Made by a program: the position numbers and the translations under genes. Shown here piece after piece: positions 40,997-54,672 of a DNA stretch of 64,000 nucleotides; within the stretch, counting starts at the first letter, position 1; each line of letters opens with the position of its first letter. Where the stretch lies: contig OZ024742.1 in NCBI GenBank assembly GCA_964016885.1, positions 51,708,001 to 51,772,000 of the forward strand, read 5' to 3'. This DNA is from Eledone cirrhosa (Eukaryota). The notes below the pieces were generated by a model. It was not told the origin of the DNA and made no database searches. It worked only from the letters and a program-made list of their open reading frames with translations.

Positions 40997-41522
40997 CTGT
41001 AGGTAGTAGATGTCTTGTCAAGTCTTTCCACTAGGTTGGCTACCTCCTCTTCCTTCCCTGATACACCTTCTATGTCGTCGGCAAAACACAAGTTCATAAC
41101 AGTCCTGTCGCTAATCTGACTGTCCCTTCATTGTCATCCAGTGTGTCTGTCATAATTCACTCTAGGAAGATGTTGAAGGGAGTTGGAGAGAGCAAACAGC
41201 CATGTCTTACTCCGACAGTGGTTCTGAACGAGTCTCCAACGTTTCTATTAAAGTAGACTGCGCTGGTGGCTTTGTCATATAGGTACCGCATTATCCTGAT
41301 CAAATGCCCATTGATGATCTACAGCTTCATTACAACACACAGTGTTGCGTGCCAAGGCCTGCCGAACGCATTCTTGAAGTACTCGAAGTTGTTGTAGAGG
41401 TCGTGCTGATGGAGTACCTTTCGCATATTATTCTAAGGTTGAATATCTACTCTGTTGTGCTTTGCCCTGCTCCGAAGCCTGCTTGTTCTTCAGCGATAAT
41501 ATTTTGTGCTTGCGGCTTCAGT
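40997..41522 (-). mobile_element. RTE-clade LINE RT fragment
   Basis: EEQAGFGAG.STTE, VGVRHGCLLSPTPFNIFLE, NLCFADDIEG, LVERLDKTSTTY. Confidence 0.9.
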
Positions 41523-44500
41523 CTAAGTATTGCCTCATACTTATTAACGAATGACTCATATAAAGCCATGAGAACAAACAAAAATTAAATACCCTGAGAT
41601 TATATTTAACAATTGTGTTGATCAGATTCTTAATTATATGTGATGTTAATGTATAATATATTTTCGTTACAGTCTCCTAATGGTAAGACGACTCCTACTA
41701 CCCTGTTTAAGTGAAATATCGAGAAGGGAAAATGTGATAAGTTTAGTTTCAATTATTATGCTTAGATTTAATCCAAGGATTTCCTCCTAACATCGTCTAA
41801 TTGACAAACGTTAAATTTGTGACATCTTCATTGTAGCTTGCTAAAGTTAGTGTGTAGTTTCTAGCGAAATGCTTATAGACAAATTTATTGATATCTCACA
41901 GAATGTACGCGCGTCTGTTTTTATCCACATGGACTTTTCAAGAAATGCGAAATATCAACTTACATATATCATGATTCATATACACGTGGTGACTGTTGAA
42001 TTGTGGTTTGCGGTGGTAACTTATTTTTAAAGTAATAGTCTAGTTATTCCCTGTTGCGATTACATTTTGTGAAATTATTTATATTTACATAAGAATTATT
42101 TACCAAACTAGTAAAACATTAAATGATGGTCTGTTGCTTATGTAATATTTGCGAATATTTTGTTTTGAATTATCGAGCTGACTCTATCAATTTCAGTCCA
42201 AGTGGATTTTATCTTGACATTACCATCTATAATTCTACATGTCAGTTTCTCTTCAGTTTGTTTGCAGCTCTGAAATAGCTAATTTGATTTGTTCGTTCCT
42301 GTTGTTTAATCTCACGTCAGATCTTTACAGGGAGGAATATTATCTAATGCGTTGAGGTTGTGAACATATATCTGGACACTTTCTGTCTACAACGATGTTA
42401 TATAAAGTATCGTTGCTATTGTGAGCATTTGTGTTAGGATTTGTCGGAAACTTGTTTGCTATTTATTATTGAGCTAACGCCTACATTATGGTTCTCTCTT
42501 TAACTTAGAAAGTGTGTGTTCATATTTTAACATTTCAAGGAACTCTAAGAATAATGAAGATGTATTAACTTATGTTGTTTTTACCAATGGAAATCATTAA
42601 TAATTTCTTTGGACTCATGCTCTGTATTACTAAATTGGTTCTCCTAAATTGGTTCTCTCACCACTGCAAATTTATAATGTTTTATATATAACTCCAAATA
42701 TTGACAGAGGTCCACCTATTTTGAAAATGGGCTATAATGTATTTCATTACGTAGCCACTTAAAAGACGAAAGGTAATTTCAACCTTCACCGAAATTGGAA
42801 GAGATTACATAAAGGGAGATAATTAAATGCTACCACTGACTTTGTCTATTACTATACTATTTCACCAAATTCATGGCATAATGAAATATCCGAGTGGTTG
42901 GTAGGAGAATAGACATAGGAATGAATGCATAATGGTTTGAGCAAGTAGTTTTATTTGATTTTAGGTGGATAGAAGGGCTTATAGAATTATATATTGAACA
43001 ATAAATAGATAACACCATGAACTGAAGTGTAAATTTAGTTATTACTTAAATCGGTACGCGAATAAATAAATTGGTAAATGAAAATTACCTGGACAGAAAA
43101 TGACTACGTTACATGATAGTTAAATAAGCGCAGAATAAATTTGATTATGTAAAATAAATAAAGATATTTTTGTTTTAGGTTTTGAGTTAGATAGGAAAAT
43201 GAGAAAATAGATATACTTAAAGGAAAGAAATATATACATATTCCTCGCTTCTTATCTTGTATAGCACTGTAGTTGATGAAAACAAATTGAACGCCAGCAA
43301 AACCTACCGTTCCGAGGCCGCTTGAAGCTGATAATTTTAATCCAAAATGGTTTTCCTTCACTAAATACTATGCCAACGTATATGCAGTTCACTGATGGAA
43401 GCTATTAACACTCGCATGTGTGTACTGCGCTCATCTATGGAGACTATTCATTGTATTTACTTAATAATATTTAGGAACGTTTCAAATACTCGGCTAATGG
43501 ATATGGATGCGATTTCCAAAGCTCTCTATCGGTGTATCAGCTAATATATGTAGTTGTTGGGGAGAACGTTGGTCAAAGAATGTTCTGCTAGTTATGTAAT
43601 GGAGATAAGGAGAAAAGGTTGATATATTTAATGAAACAGAGTGTGAAAGAAACACGCGAATATCTTAAAATAAACAAAGACAAAACCAATGTAATGTATA
43701 CGTAACGAGTGATATTCTAATAAGGACGTACATTTGAATGCGTTTAATCATGTGCAAGCTAACATGTCGTCCTTCTAGTGATTTTATATGTTCAAGATTA
43801 TGTTGTTTAATGTACACTTTTTGAAAGATATCAGTGCATTATTCACTGGGACTCACTTGGTATATCTGTTGTTGACCCTCGGGTGACACGTTGAAGTGCA
43901 GTTCGGGCAGTAGAATATATATGGAACTAATGTTGATGTGCAATGGTCATGAAGATACTGTTTCCAATAGATAATCATGTATAGCAAATAATGGGTGTGT
44001 TGTTGGCTGACATATTCTCAGGAAATACACTTTGATACTTATTTCTGTAAGTCCGACACTATAAACTCCTTATATGTGAATATGGGTTTATGTATGATAT
44101 GGAGTGCGTGATTTTAAACACATAGAATTATCTACATAACACCCCTTCATTCACACTCTTTCCCTTGTATTTTCTATCCTTCTACAACCTACTACAGGCA
44201 GCAACTATATAACACAGCGAATGTGTTCTTTGACACGTTTTTTTGTGTATATATATATGCGTGTCTGTATGCGTGGGTGTGGGTGTGCGCGTGTATGTAT
44301 GAGTGTATGTGTGGCTGTGTGTGTGCGTGTGCGTGTGTGTATATGTACAAATATCTGTAGATGTAAAAAGGAAAAAGGAAAACAATACCCAATCGGGAAG
44401 GGAGCAGAAATATTGTTTTATTCATGTCCATAAACGGAACAAAACCACTACACAAGATTTCAAGGTCTAAATTGGCCCATACCACCAAAAAACAAGCGGC

Positions 44501-44550
44501 ATTTGAATACTGAAAACTTGGTTAGCACTTTTGATCGGTGTATGGACGTT

Positions 44551-44708
44551 AATAATTGTTTCTACTTTTGGCACAAGGCCAGCAATTAACCAGTGCATTA
44601 CTAGTACTTTATTTTATCGACCCCGTAAGGATGAAAGGCAAAGTTGACCTCGGAGGGATTTGAACTCACAATGGAAAGGGCCGTAACTCTATGCATCAAA
44701 GCATGACG
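44551..44708 (-). mobile_element. SINE copy, 5' end lost at (TA)n
   Basis: Canonical core TTTTATCGACCCCGTAAGGATGAAAGGCAAAGTTGACCTCGG. Confidence 0.88.
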
Positions 44709-44756
<48 letters not shown>

Positions 44757-44926
44757 CATCAGTTGTTCTGCAGAGCAGTTATATAGAATTCACAAGATTC
44801 AAAGCTATGTTCAAAGCATTTATTCACTTGCAATTGTTTCATCCAAACCTAGGCTTGGTGTCTTCGGACCATTTTTCAATGTTTGTACATATACTTGACC
44901 TCCTTTCCAACGCAAGAGACATACAG

Positions 44927-44968
<42 letters not shown>

Positions 44969-46271
44969 ATGTACAGTGGAGTGACATATATTATACTATA
45001 CTATTCTTGTACAACAATTCAAAATCAAAATCAAAGTCAAAATAATAATAAAAATTAAAATTAAAATTAAAATACATTCGGCAGATAACACAGATAATGC
45101 AAGAGGATAGTTTGATAGGCAGATCTAGTAGGTAGTGTATGCGTTAGTCATACATGGAGCATGCAAGTGTGTCTCACTTTTATACTATTATTCTGTGGCA
45201 GGGTGTTACACTTAATGCAAGCACTTTAAGCGGGTAAGCAAGATTATTAATTAATGTGGTTGTAGTGGTAAGGTATTTTTTGTATAGAACAAAAAAGTAT
45301 GTGTGCAGAAAAATAAAAAGAAAAAGAAGAAGCAAAAGAAAGTTATGGTTTTCGTATCCACCACCATTTTCACATTCAGCAAAAAGTAAGATATAGTTTC
45401 TACATCCATCACATAAGTAACAATGATTCCGTATTGAATGTTTGATGCATTAAAATAAATGATTTTAACGTATTGAGGCTCAGTGTTATTTAATCCAAGT
45501 TTATAGAATAGGTTGATTCTGCTGCGAGAATTTACAGCGGTTTATCACCCGGAAGTATGTGTGTAATTAAGGAGAGTTAATGAGTAAGGGGAGGTAACTA
45601 GCCGAATCTCATAACTAAATTCATTGTTCTAACATACATTATAAGGTGCTTCAATTGAGTCCCGTATATAGACGGTAATACATTTATATCTAGTTTCCAA
45701 TTTTAAATACAGTCTACTCTATCATGATGTACTAAAGGTATCTATATTAAATTGATTACTCCCTAGTATATAGTGCTACAATTGAATATTCCATACAAAG
45801 TGCCATACGTTTATATCAAAGTTCACTGTAAATGCAGTCTACTCTCAGAACATATCAGGGGACCTATTAGAATTTTGTCTACATAACTCCTGGCAAGTTA
45901 TGGAGCAGCGTATGGCTGTTTTCATGGCAAAACAAAATACATCTATAGGGCAGACAAATACATACCTCATTTACAATGTCATTAATCTATCCATCAAGTT
46001 ATACTTGCATATATAATTCATATATAATTCATACATAATTCATTGCAGCACCCTACATATAAGTTAGACAGATCTCTTATGTTAATAAATTAATCTTATA
46101 TATATCCAATGTTATCACTCCATACATTAATTACAAATGCATAAATAATTTATTGCCGTATCTAGTATTTAAAGTTTATATAGACTGTATTGTATCATTA
46201 TATAATTACAAGTAATTGAAAGTAGTTATATTAAAAGTAGGTGTTTATGGGGATAGTTCTAGGGTATAAAG

Positions 46272-47140
46272 TTATAGATAGATGGAATGATTTGTGTCGA
46301 GATAGGGTGGATCAGAGAGTGTGGAGTTGTGGTGTAAGGTGTGCCCTTGAGGTGTAGTGTTAGAAGTGGTGATGGGTTCAAGTCCGACATTGTTATATAT
46401 TGGGTTTAAATTTTGGAAGAAGTGACGGAAGCGGTGCTGGCACGAGGCAAACACTTCCGATTTTTTATTAAGGAGGTTATGTTTTGAGAAGATTATAGTA
46501 TGGGTCTCTAGTAGACAGAGGTTACAGAATTTATTAGGTGGTTTGTACGATGCCGCCTTACCTATCACTTCCCATTGAAGTGTATAAGATCTATTTCTAG
46601 TTTTTAGATCGTATATGTAGCTAGATAGTGAAGTGGAGTTGGCTAGACTGTGTTTTTTGAAAGAATGGAGGTGTGAATTGTATCTGGTTTTGAAGTAGAG
46701 CCTATATAGGTTTCAGAAGAGTTGCTAGTTCTGACGGTGCATGAGTATAGGATGTCCTTGATTAAGCAGTTTTTTTTTATCTAAAGGGCAGGTTCTATTA
46801 GATCTACAGTTACAATTATTTTGGATGTTAACCTGCCGGTTATTATGTTGCGTAGAAGTCTGGTTGCTAGGTATTGCATTATGGCTATGGGGGTTGTCGC
46901 TCCTAGCGTTATTGCTTTCACTAGTGCTATTACTATTATTACTATTGATATTAGGGTTTGCAGGTATTACGTGGTTTTGAAGGTTTACCCCCTGCTGTGT
47001 TTTAGTTTTTGGAAGTAAGTATTAATTTTTCTTTTATTGCTACTAGCTATGTGGTATGCTATGTTAGGCGTGGTAGAGTATGAGATTTTAATGGTGTTTT
47101 TATTTATAAGATTATGGTACTTGTGACCAGATGGGAAGGT
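46272..47140 (-). pseudogene. Penelope-like GIY-YIG endonuclease fragment
   Basis: FPSGHKYHNLINKNTIKISYSTTPN, CNCRSNRTCPL, FKTRYNSH, CNLCLLE..LLNKKSE..CQH. Confidence 0.87.
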
Positions 47141-47570
47141 ACAATAATATGCGCAGGTACAATAACAACAACCACACATAGACACACACTAGTGAGCAGA
47201 GATAAAATACACAACACAAAGACTCAGACACTAACACACACCGAACAGAAAACACACACATAAACGCATGCGTAAACAGAGACAAGCATAAAGAAAACAA
47301 ATAAATATAAGCATAGACATTACAATACAACGGGAGGAAATATAATAGTACCACTGATGATGATACAGGTGTGTGATGAACTAACTTTGATAGACTATAT
47401 ATATTTATATCTATATGTTTAACTGTTGGTCAATCAATGATAAACATTGATTGCCAGGTAAAATAACTATAGGCATATAGAATATACAGAAGCGAAAACC
47501 AGTCCAAACAAAACAGTGTGTTTTATAGTTATTTCTCCCAATATAATAACGATATGAGCATCCTCAAGTA

Positions 47571-47618
<48 letters not shown>

Positions 47619-47624
47619 TCTATT

Positions 47625-47928
47625 CTAGGGCGGGTAAAATTCCCGAGACCCATGGACGAGTTCTCTCCAGCGGTCTCTGTCCCTCATTATCGCTGCCATG
47701 TCCTGCGTCTCCAACATACCAGTGTCTGTCCCTAGGGAATCAACATACGTTATATCCAGTGTATCCATGTAGGGACTCCCACAGGAGCACTGAGGGCAAT
47801 GTCAACTCTGGATGTCTGTGTCACGTTTGAGCTGACTTTTCGGAGACTCCCATACAGCTCGGAGTTTTCAACCTCAGTGTATACTAATTAATGTTCAGAG
47901 CCATCCTCAGCATTCTCGTGTAGCACCC
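47625..47928 (-). mobile_element. RTE-type LINE 3'-end fragment between (TA)n tracts
   Basis: GCYTRMLRMALNI..ELYG.L and WESLHG..TYVDSLGTDTG..MRDRDRWR in shifted frames. Confidence 0.75.
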
Positions 47929-47961
47929 ATATATATATATATATGGGTGCTATATATATAT

Positions 47962-48160
47962 AACAAAGAACATGTTCCTTATATTAAAAAATTCATCATT
48001 TTACGATCGTTTCTGGGATGTATATGTGTGTTGGTAATTTATAATATTTTTTACATAGATCTTTAACATGATATGCATACCAACACACATATACATCCCA
48101 GAAACGATCGTAAAATTATGAATTGTTTTAATATAAGGAATATGTTCTTTGTTTTTATTA
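47962..48160. repeat. Inverted duplication of a PLE 3'-terminal segment
   Basis: 47962-48035 is the reverse complement of ~48078-48153. The same family occurs at 49366-49517 and 63893-64000. Confidence 0.85.
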
Positions 48161-48240
<80 letters not shown>

Positions 48241-48489
48241 AGGAGGTAATAGTTCACTTGAATCCAGGATTTGCCATGACTTGGCAAGCTATTTTGAACA
48301 CTGGTTTAACAGCTTTACTTCTCTCCGAAGAAGAGATATTATCTCGAAAATTAAGGACATTTAAATAAATCTAAGGTAAAAGACTAATTGTCAACAATAT
48401 CTTTTGCATTTGCATTCTTTATTCTATGTCCATTCGTGCATTGTTTTGGCTTTATTATACATATACAAACGTTTATATATATATAGCAC

Positions 48490-48526
<37 letters not shown>

Positions 48527-48531
48527 AGCCA

Positions 48532-48566
<35 letters not shown>

Positions 48567-48708
48567 CACCCATATATATATATATATATATATAAATATA
48601 TATATTTATAGACATACAAAATGAAAATAGCCGGTGTGAACCCATCAGCCACTGGAGCCAAAAAACGAAGCAAGATAAACAGGTTAAGAATATATATAAA
48701 TATATATG

Positions 48709-48907
<199 letters not shown>

Positions 48908-48920
48908 AAACGAAAAATCT

Positions 48921-49233
48921 GTGATGCACCTGAACTCAATTTATTGTGTGTTACAATGGTTTCGCCGGCGGACAGCTCGAGACGCGCTCATTGTGTGGAT
49001 CTGTCTGATTCTGGACCAGCAGGTTCGACGGACACGTCTAATGATTTCGGAGAATATTCTCTCACTAGGTTATCTGACAGATACACTAGTGAGAGAATAT
49101 GCTCCGAAATCATTAGACGTGTCCCTCGAATCTGCGGGTCCAGAATCAGACAGATCCATAGAATGATCGCGTCTCGAGCTGTCCGTCTGCGAAACAATTG
49201 TAACACACAATACATTGAGTTAAGATGCATCAC
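48921..49233. repeat. ~313-bp near-perfect palindrome
   Basis: Centred on TATCTG-A-CAGATA. The ORF track shows near-identical peptides on both strands (48921+ and 49233-). Confidence 0.95.
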
Positions 49234-49312
49234 TGAATTTTCAAGTCAACTAAAACAAGAATTACACATATACACACACCCACCATACGTACATATATCC
49301 ATATATACATAT

Positions 49313-49363
<51 letters not shown>

Positions 49364-49365
49364 CA

Positions 49366-50870
49366 TAAATTAATAAAAACAATGAAATAAAAACAAAGAA
49401 CAAGTTCCTTATATTAAAAATTCATCATTTTACGATCGTTTCTGGGATGTATATGTGTATTGGTATGTATATCATATAGATCTATGTAAAAATATTACAA
49501 ATTATCAGAAATGATGAGATGTGTTTATTGAAAAAATAAACGAAGATTTAATATAAACGGTTTGTTTCGGAACTGGTTTTGAATTGACCAATAGAAAAGT
49601 AGTGAGAGGTCAAGTTGATAGAATAGTAGTAGTAGAAATTTAATTTAGGGGTAGAGGAGTGCAGACTTATGATTTGAATTTGGGGATGAAAAGAGGTCGA
49701 GCCAAGGAGATAGTGAAGAGCACACGAAAATTTGATGTTATTAAAGAATAATGTTAAAAACGAATGAAAATAAAATTTTAGGGTAACGGTATTAATGAGA
49801 GATACTAATCTTATTTAAACCACAAGGAATCTAGATCTATAACAAGAAATTAAATTAATTGATAGGTATACTTATAGGGATAAAGTTATTTTAATTCATA
49901 TGAATGTGATAAATAAGCATTAGATGTTATTAAAGAGTGTTGTTAAAAGCGAAGAAAAGTAAAATTTTGGGATAAGGGTAGTAGCGAGAAATACCAATCT
50001 TACTTAAACTACAAGGAATCTAGATACATAACAGGAAATGAAATTAAATTATAGGTATACTTTTAGGTATTAATTTTAGGAAAAGAGAGCTGTAAGAGGG
50101 AAATAAAATTATGAAGTTCCCTGTAGTAAAATACTAATTATAGGTTAACTAAATTTAAAAAAAAAACAATTATAATAATTTGTAAAATATAAGAGTAAGG
50201 TGCATATTAATTAGGTTTATAATATTTGAAGGTTCTTCTAATTCTATGATTGCAAGATATCATTATTTCCTGTCGCTTATTTAATAGGATATCCTTAGAT
50301 TTTATGATTTCAAAAAGTTCATGGGAGTATAACATACACTTGTATCTGCTATTTTGATAAGGGGTGGACTTTTTGAGCACGCTCCAGGTCAGGCTGCAAT
50401 TAATATTCTTCTTTCTATAATTATTAATTATTTCAGCCAATGATGTTGTATTAGCTAATGCGGCATTTTTAAAACTATGTTTGTGGGTATTAAATCTTAC
50501 TTTAAATTGGTTAGACGTAGCTCCTATATATATATAAGTGGAGTCCTTAGTGCTAAATTTACATTTATAGACTATGTTATTAATAAGACAATTTCCCTTT
50601 AATGGGCAATTTCTTTTGATTCTACAGTTACAACCATTCGTGAATATTACATCAAGGGAGTTAGTCAAATTTGGTATTGAGTTTACTCGACTTGTTGTGG
50701 GTGAAGGAGATGGTGGTTTGTTGCGGTTTATTTTAGTATTATGGTTGGTTTGATGTGTTGGTAGTATATTTGTGGTTTGTTTACACTCATATGCGTTGAC
50801 CGTATTTATAATCTGTTGTATACTTTTGGTAGTGGAGTAGGAAAATTTGACATTTGATCTATTTAAAATA
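49366..50870 (-). mobile_element. Penelope-like element 3' portion: GIY-YIG ORF (50207-50668), 3' UTR, decayed HHR (49422-49517), end at (TA)n
   Basis: CNCRIKRNCPLKGNCL, IVYKC..YIYIGATSNQFKVRFNTH, LLNKRQE..CNH. Downstream lies tcatcattt-CTGATAA-...-GAAA-cgatcg-TA-aaatgatga. Confidence 0.88.
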
Positions 50871-52334
50871 TATATATAGTGTTTTTAACAATACACTGTA
50901 TGCTTAATTAAAAGCATTTTGAAGACCTTACGCCATTGTTTTAAAGTAGTGACTATGTCACTTACTTCTTTGTTTTCAACAGACAAAGGGAGATAAGATC
51001 TCTGTTTCATACTGTTGGTATTCCTCAGAGTTTAGCACTCCCCTTGTTTGTTGAAAATTATGAATGTTGGATTCTTATAGAATTCAAGTAATAATCAGGA
51101 ACTGATTATACACAGCGGTTGCCGGTCCAGCAAAAATTGAAAATTATAATTGGTGCTCTGAAAAAAAGAAGTAAGTCACAGGGACAATCGGGGACAGGGC
51201 AACAAGTGGACAGGGCAATCGGGGATTAGAGCCCTGTTCAGCAACGTGGGTTTGAAATTTTGTCCGGGCTGATTCATTGCTTTGCATCTTGAAAGTGAGT
51301 AGGGGTGGCGTCACGATGCCGATGTGGTGACGGCTGCGGGTTTGGAAGGAGTAAAGGATTGATTAGTGTGGAAATGTGCATAAAATGTTGAAATAGTCTG
51401 TGAAGAAGAAACAAAATATTGAAGTGTTCAAAAATAAATATATAAACAAATAGACACATATATATATAAAGTAATCGATGGACGACCGCAAAGTTATAGG
51501 TAAAACCTAAAATGTGAAAGCAGTTGAAATGATAAATCAATCCCGTTTATGGATCATGGGCCAAATCGTAAAGTTTAATCATCCTAAAGTATATTCTTGT
51601 TTGTTCTAGACGCACGACAGGGTTTTGATTATTGTTGTTTTATTTGTTTTGTTTTTTTGTTTTGATTTCATTTTCCTTTCTCTTTTATCGTGACCCTCTT
51701 TTTTCAGCAGGGTGTTTTCTGCTTATTATAGGTATCCAATGTCTGTATGTTTAGTAAACTAGATTTTCAGAGTTGAATGTAAATTCATTCGGCGTAGATT
51801 CAAACTTCGTATGTGTTACTTGTCGTCTGATAATAAGATCCTATTGTAGACTTTTAATTCAAGATTTATAGATTTCTGTCATTCATACCGACAGAAATAG
51901 CGGACAGCTTACTGTGGAAGTCAAAGTTAAACAGCACGGGATTCTATCTCTCAAGTATATAGCTAGATATGTGTCTATCAATCCATATATACAAGCGTGA
52001 ACCTAATATAACTGTAAATTTGCGAACCTCCCCCCCCCCCATGTGTTTTGTTTGTATGATTTATTAACTATACTAGCATACACAGATATATATGAACACA
52101 TATACACACTCTGCCTAGCCTCTAAAAAAACAGCGGGTTTAAGAAGTCAAATTTATATCTAAGAGTCTCTCCCTGCTATTTCAAACGTTAGACTAATATA
52201 TTTCTTCCATGCACTGTGCCGTTTTGTTATTTTTGTTATTTCTGTTTGCTTTTATATATATATATATATATGAAGTAATTCCGTCGGAAAAGTCCAGGAA
52301 AAAAGAGTGCTCTATGTAGGTAACAGAGCTTAAT

Positions 52335-52767
52335 AGTTATGTAATAAACAACATAAGGCAATTATTTGATTTACCACTGGTTTCTTAAAAGCAAAAAAAA
52401 ATTGCTTTCAATTATCAGAATGAAAAAATCCTGGTGTATTTATTGACGTTGGATTTTAAAACCAAAAATGCAATCTATATGAAAGTGAGGCTGCAAAAGG
52501 AAGAAAGAAAGGAAAAATAAAATAAAAACCTACATGCAAACACACACAAACACACAATTATATACATACACACACATATATATATATATATATATACACA
52601 TACACACATACATACACACACACATATACACACACACACACACACAAAGGTTCATATGAATTATCTAAGAATGAGTTTTACACACATATATATGTGTGTT
52701 TGTATTTGTATGTATGTGTTTGTGATATGTATGTATATGTATGTGTATATTTGTATGGTTATGTATG

Positions 52768-52814
<47 letters not shown>

Positions 52815-53404
52815 ATATATGTATGTGTGTGTGTATGTAATTGTGTATGCGTATGTATGTGTTTATGTATTTTTATATGTATATTTATGTGTGAGAGTGT
52901 GTGTATGTATTTATTTTTACGTATGTATGTGGACGTGGATTTGTGTGTATTGCTTACCACGTGTGTTTGTTCATTTATTTGTTGCCTGTATCGCTGTCAA
53001 CATTATAATAGTCTTTATATTCATTTTTATTTTTTATTATTATATATTTTTTCTTATATTTATTTGTGTGTGTGAGTATGTAGAGGTGTGTGTATATATT
53101 TCTATTTTTGTGCATGCGTATGTATGCGTGTATATATGTGTGTATGTATGTGTATGTATGTACGTATGTATATACGTATGATTGTGTGCATGTATCTATG
53201 TATGTGTATGTATATGTGTATGTATGTGTATGTGTATGTGTATATATATATATATGTGTGTGTGTGTGGTTGTATATATGTATGTGTATGTATGGATATG
53301 TTGATATTTATGTGTATATGTATGTATGTGTATATGTATGTGTATGTATATATATACACATATATGTGTGTGCGTGTGTATATGCGTGTGTGTATGTATG
53401 TGTG

Positions 53405-53453
<49 letters not shown>

Positions 53454-53675
53454 ATAATTGTGTGTGTGTGTTTGCATGTGTGTTTTTATTTTATTTTTAT
53501 TTTCTTTCTTCCTATTCCAGCCTCACTTTCATATAGATTGCATTTTTGTTTTTTAAAATCCAACGTCAATAAATACACCAGGATTTTTTCATTCTGATGA
53601 TTGAAAGCAATTTTTTTTTGCGTTTAAGAAACCACTGGTAAATGAAATAATTGCCTTATGTTGTTTATTACATAA

Positions 53676-53677
<2 letters not shown>
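52335..53677. repeat. Inverted pair of HHR-bearing repeat ends flanking a (TA/TG)n-rich spacer
   Basis: 52335-~52560 is the reverse complement of ~53455-53677. Confidence 0.9.
53587..53647 (+). ncRNA. Type I hammerhead ribozyme
   Basis: tttcatt-CTGATGA-ttgaaagca..tgcgtttaa-GAAA-ccactgg-TA-aatgaaa: perfect 7-bp stem I, long stem II, short quasi-palindromic stem III, GUA triplet. Confidence 0.85.
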
Positions 53678-53725
<48 letters not shown>

Positions 53726-54504
53726 GTGTGTGTGTCTGCGTGCGCGCGCGCGCGCGCGTGTGTGTGTGTGTGTACATACTTATATATAGTAGTGCATACA
53801 TATACTGGAATGTGTTATTCCTTGTCTGTGGTGCAATGACGCGCTAGAAGCGGCAATCAGTTCTCCATTAAAAAGAAAACTTGTAGCTCTAAAAAATATT
53901 AATAATGTTCATTCTGAGATGGGTTAAATTATAATACATCCTCGATAATTACAAACTTTAGATTCCTCGGGTCATATCTTATACCTCTACAATACGATTG
54001 GCTTGTTGTATGTTGCCTATAATAGTTTTATCTCAAAGTTGTTATTTCACTATCGCAAGATCAAATACAATTCATTTATCTTTGAGAGAAGCTAATATAG
54101 CAAATTTACATTGTGTCTATAGTGATATGTATCTATAGATATTCGGTCAAACATCCGTCAGTGTGTATGCAATAATAGGCTCTTCCGTTTTTCTATTTTG
54201 ATCTCGTTTATTGTTGTAGTTATTGTACACCGATTTTTATTTGTACTTGTGTTGTTGTTACTGTTATTGTTGTTATTGTTATGTTTATTGTATGTTTATG
54301 TTGCCGTTTCAGTTAATTGTGCATGTGCGCGTGAATGTCAATGCATGTTAAATAAGACCAGCCACTACTTTAGGGGAAAACTTACATGAAGTATCTAAGT
54401 GTTGCTCTATACAGGCGAATTCAAGGAAGCATATCTAACTGGATATTGAATACAAGCTGTTAATTCTGTTCCTTGCCGGGTCATTAATCACAATTTGTAA
54501 AATA

Positions 54505-54672
54505 ATTAATTGTTTTTACTTTTGGCACAAGGCCAGCAATTATCCAGTACATTAATGGTATTTTATTTTATCGACCCCGTAAGGATGAAAGGCAAATTTA
54601 ACCTCGGCGGGATTTGAACTCAGATCGTAAAGGGAGGTAACTATGCTGCAAATCATGGCGTCCGACTCTCTA
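54505..54672 (-). mobile_element. SINE copy with 18-bp TSD
   Basis: ATTTGTAAAATAATTAAT at 54493-54510 and 54672-54689. Confidence 0.9.

Noticed and set aside
50985-51045. Minus-strand CTGAGGA-atac..gtat-GAAA candidate near a PLE
   Set aside because: Good stem II, but stem III, the cleavage triplet and stem I cannot be drawn consistently. At best a deleted remnant.
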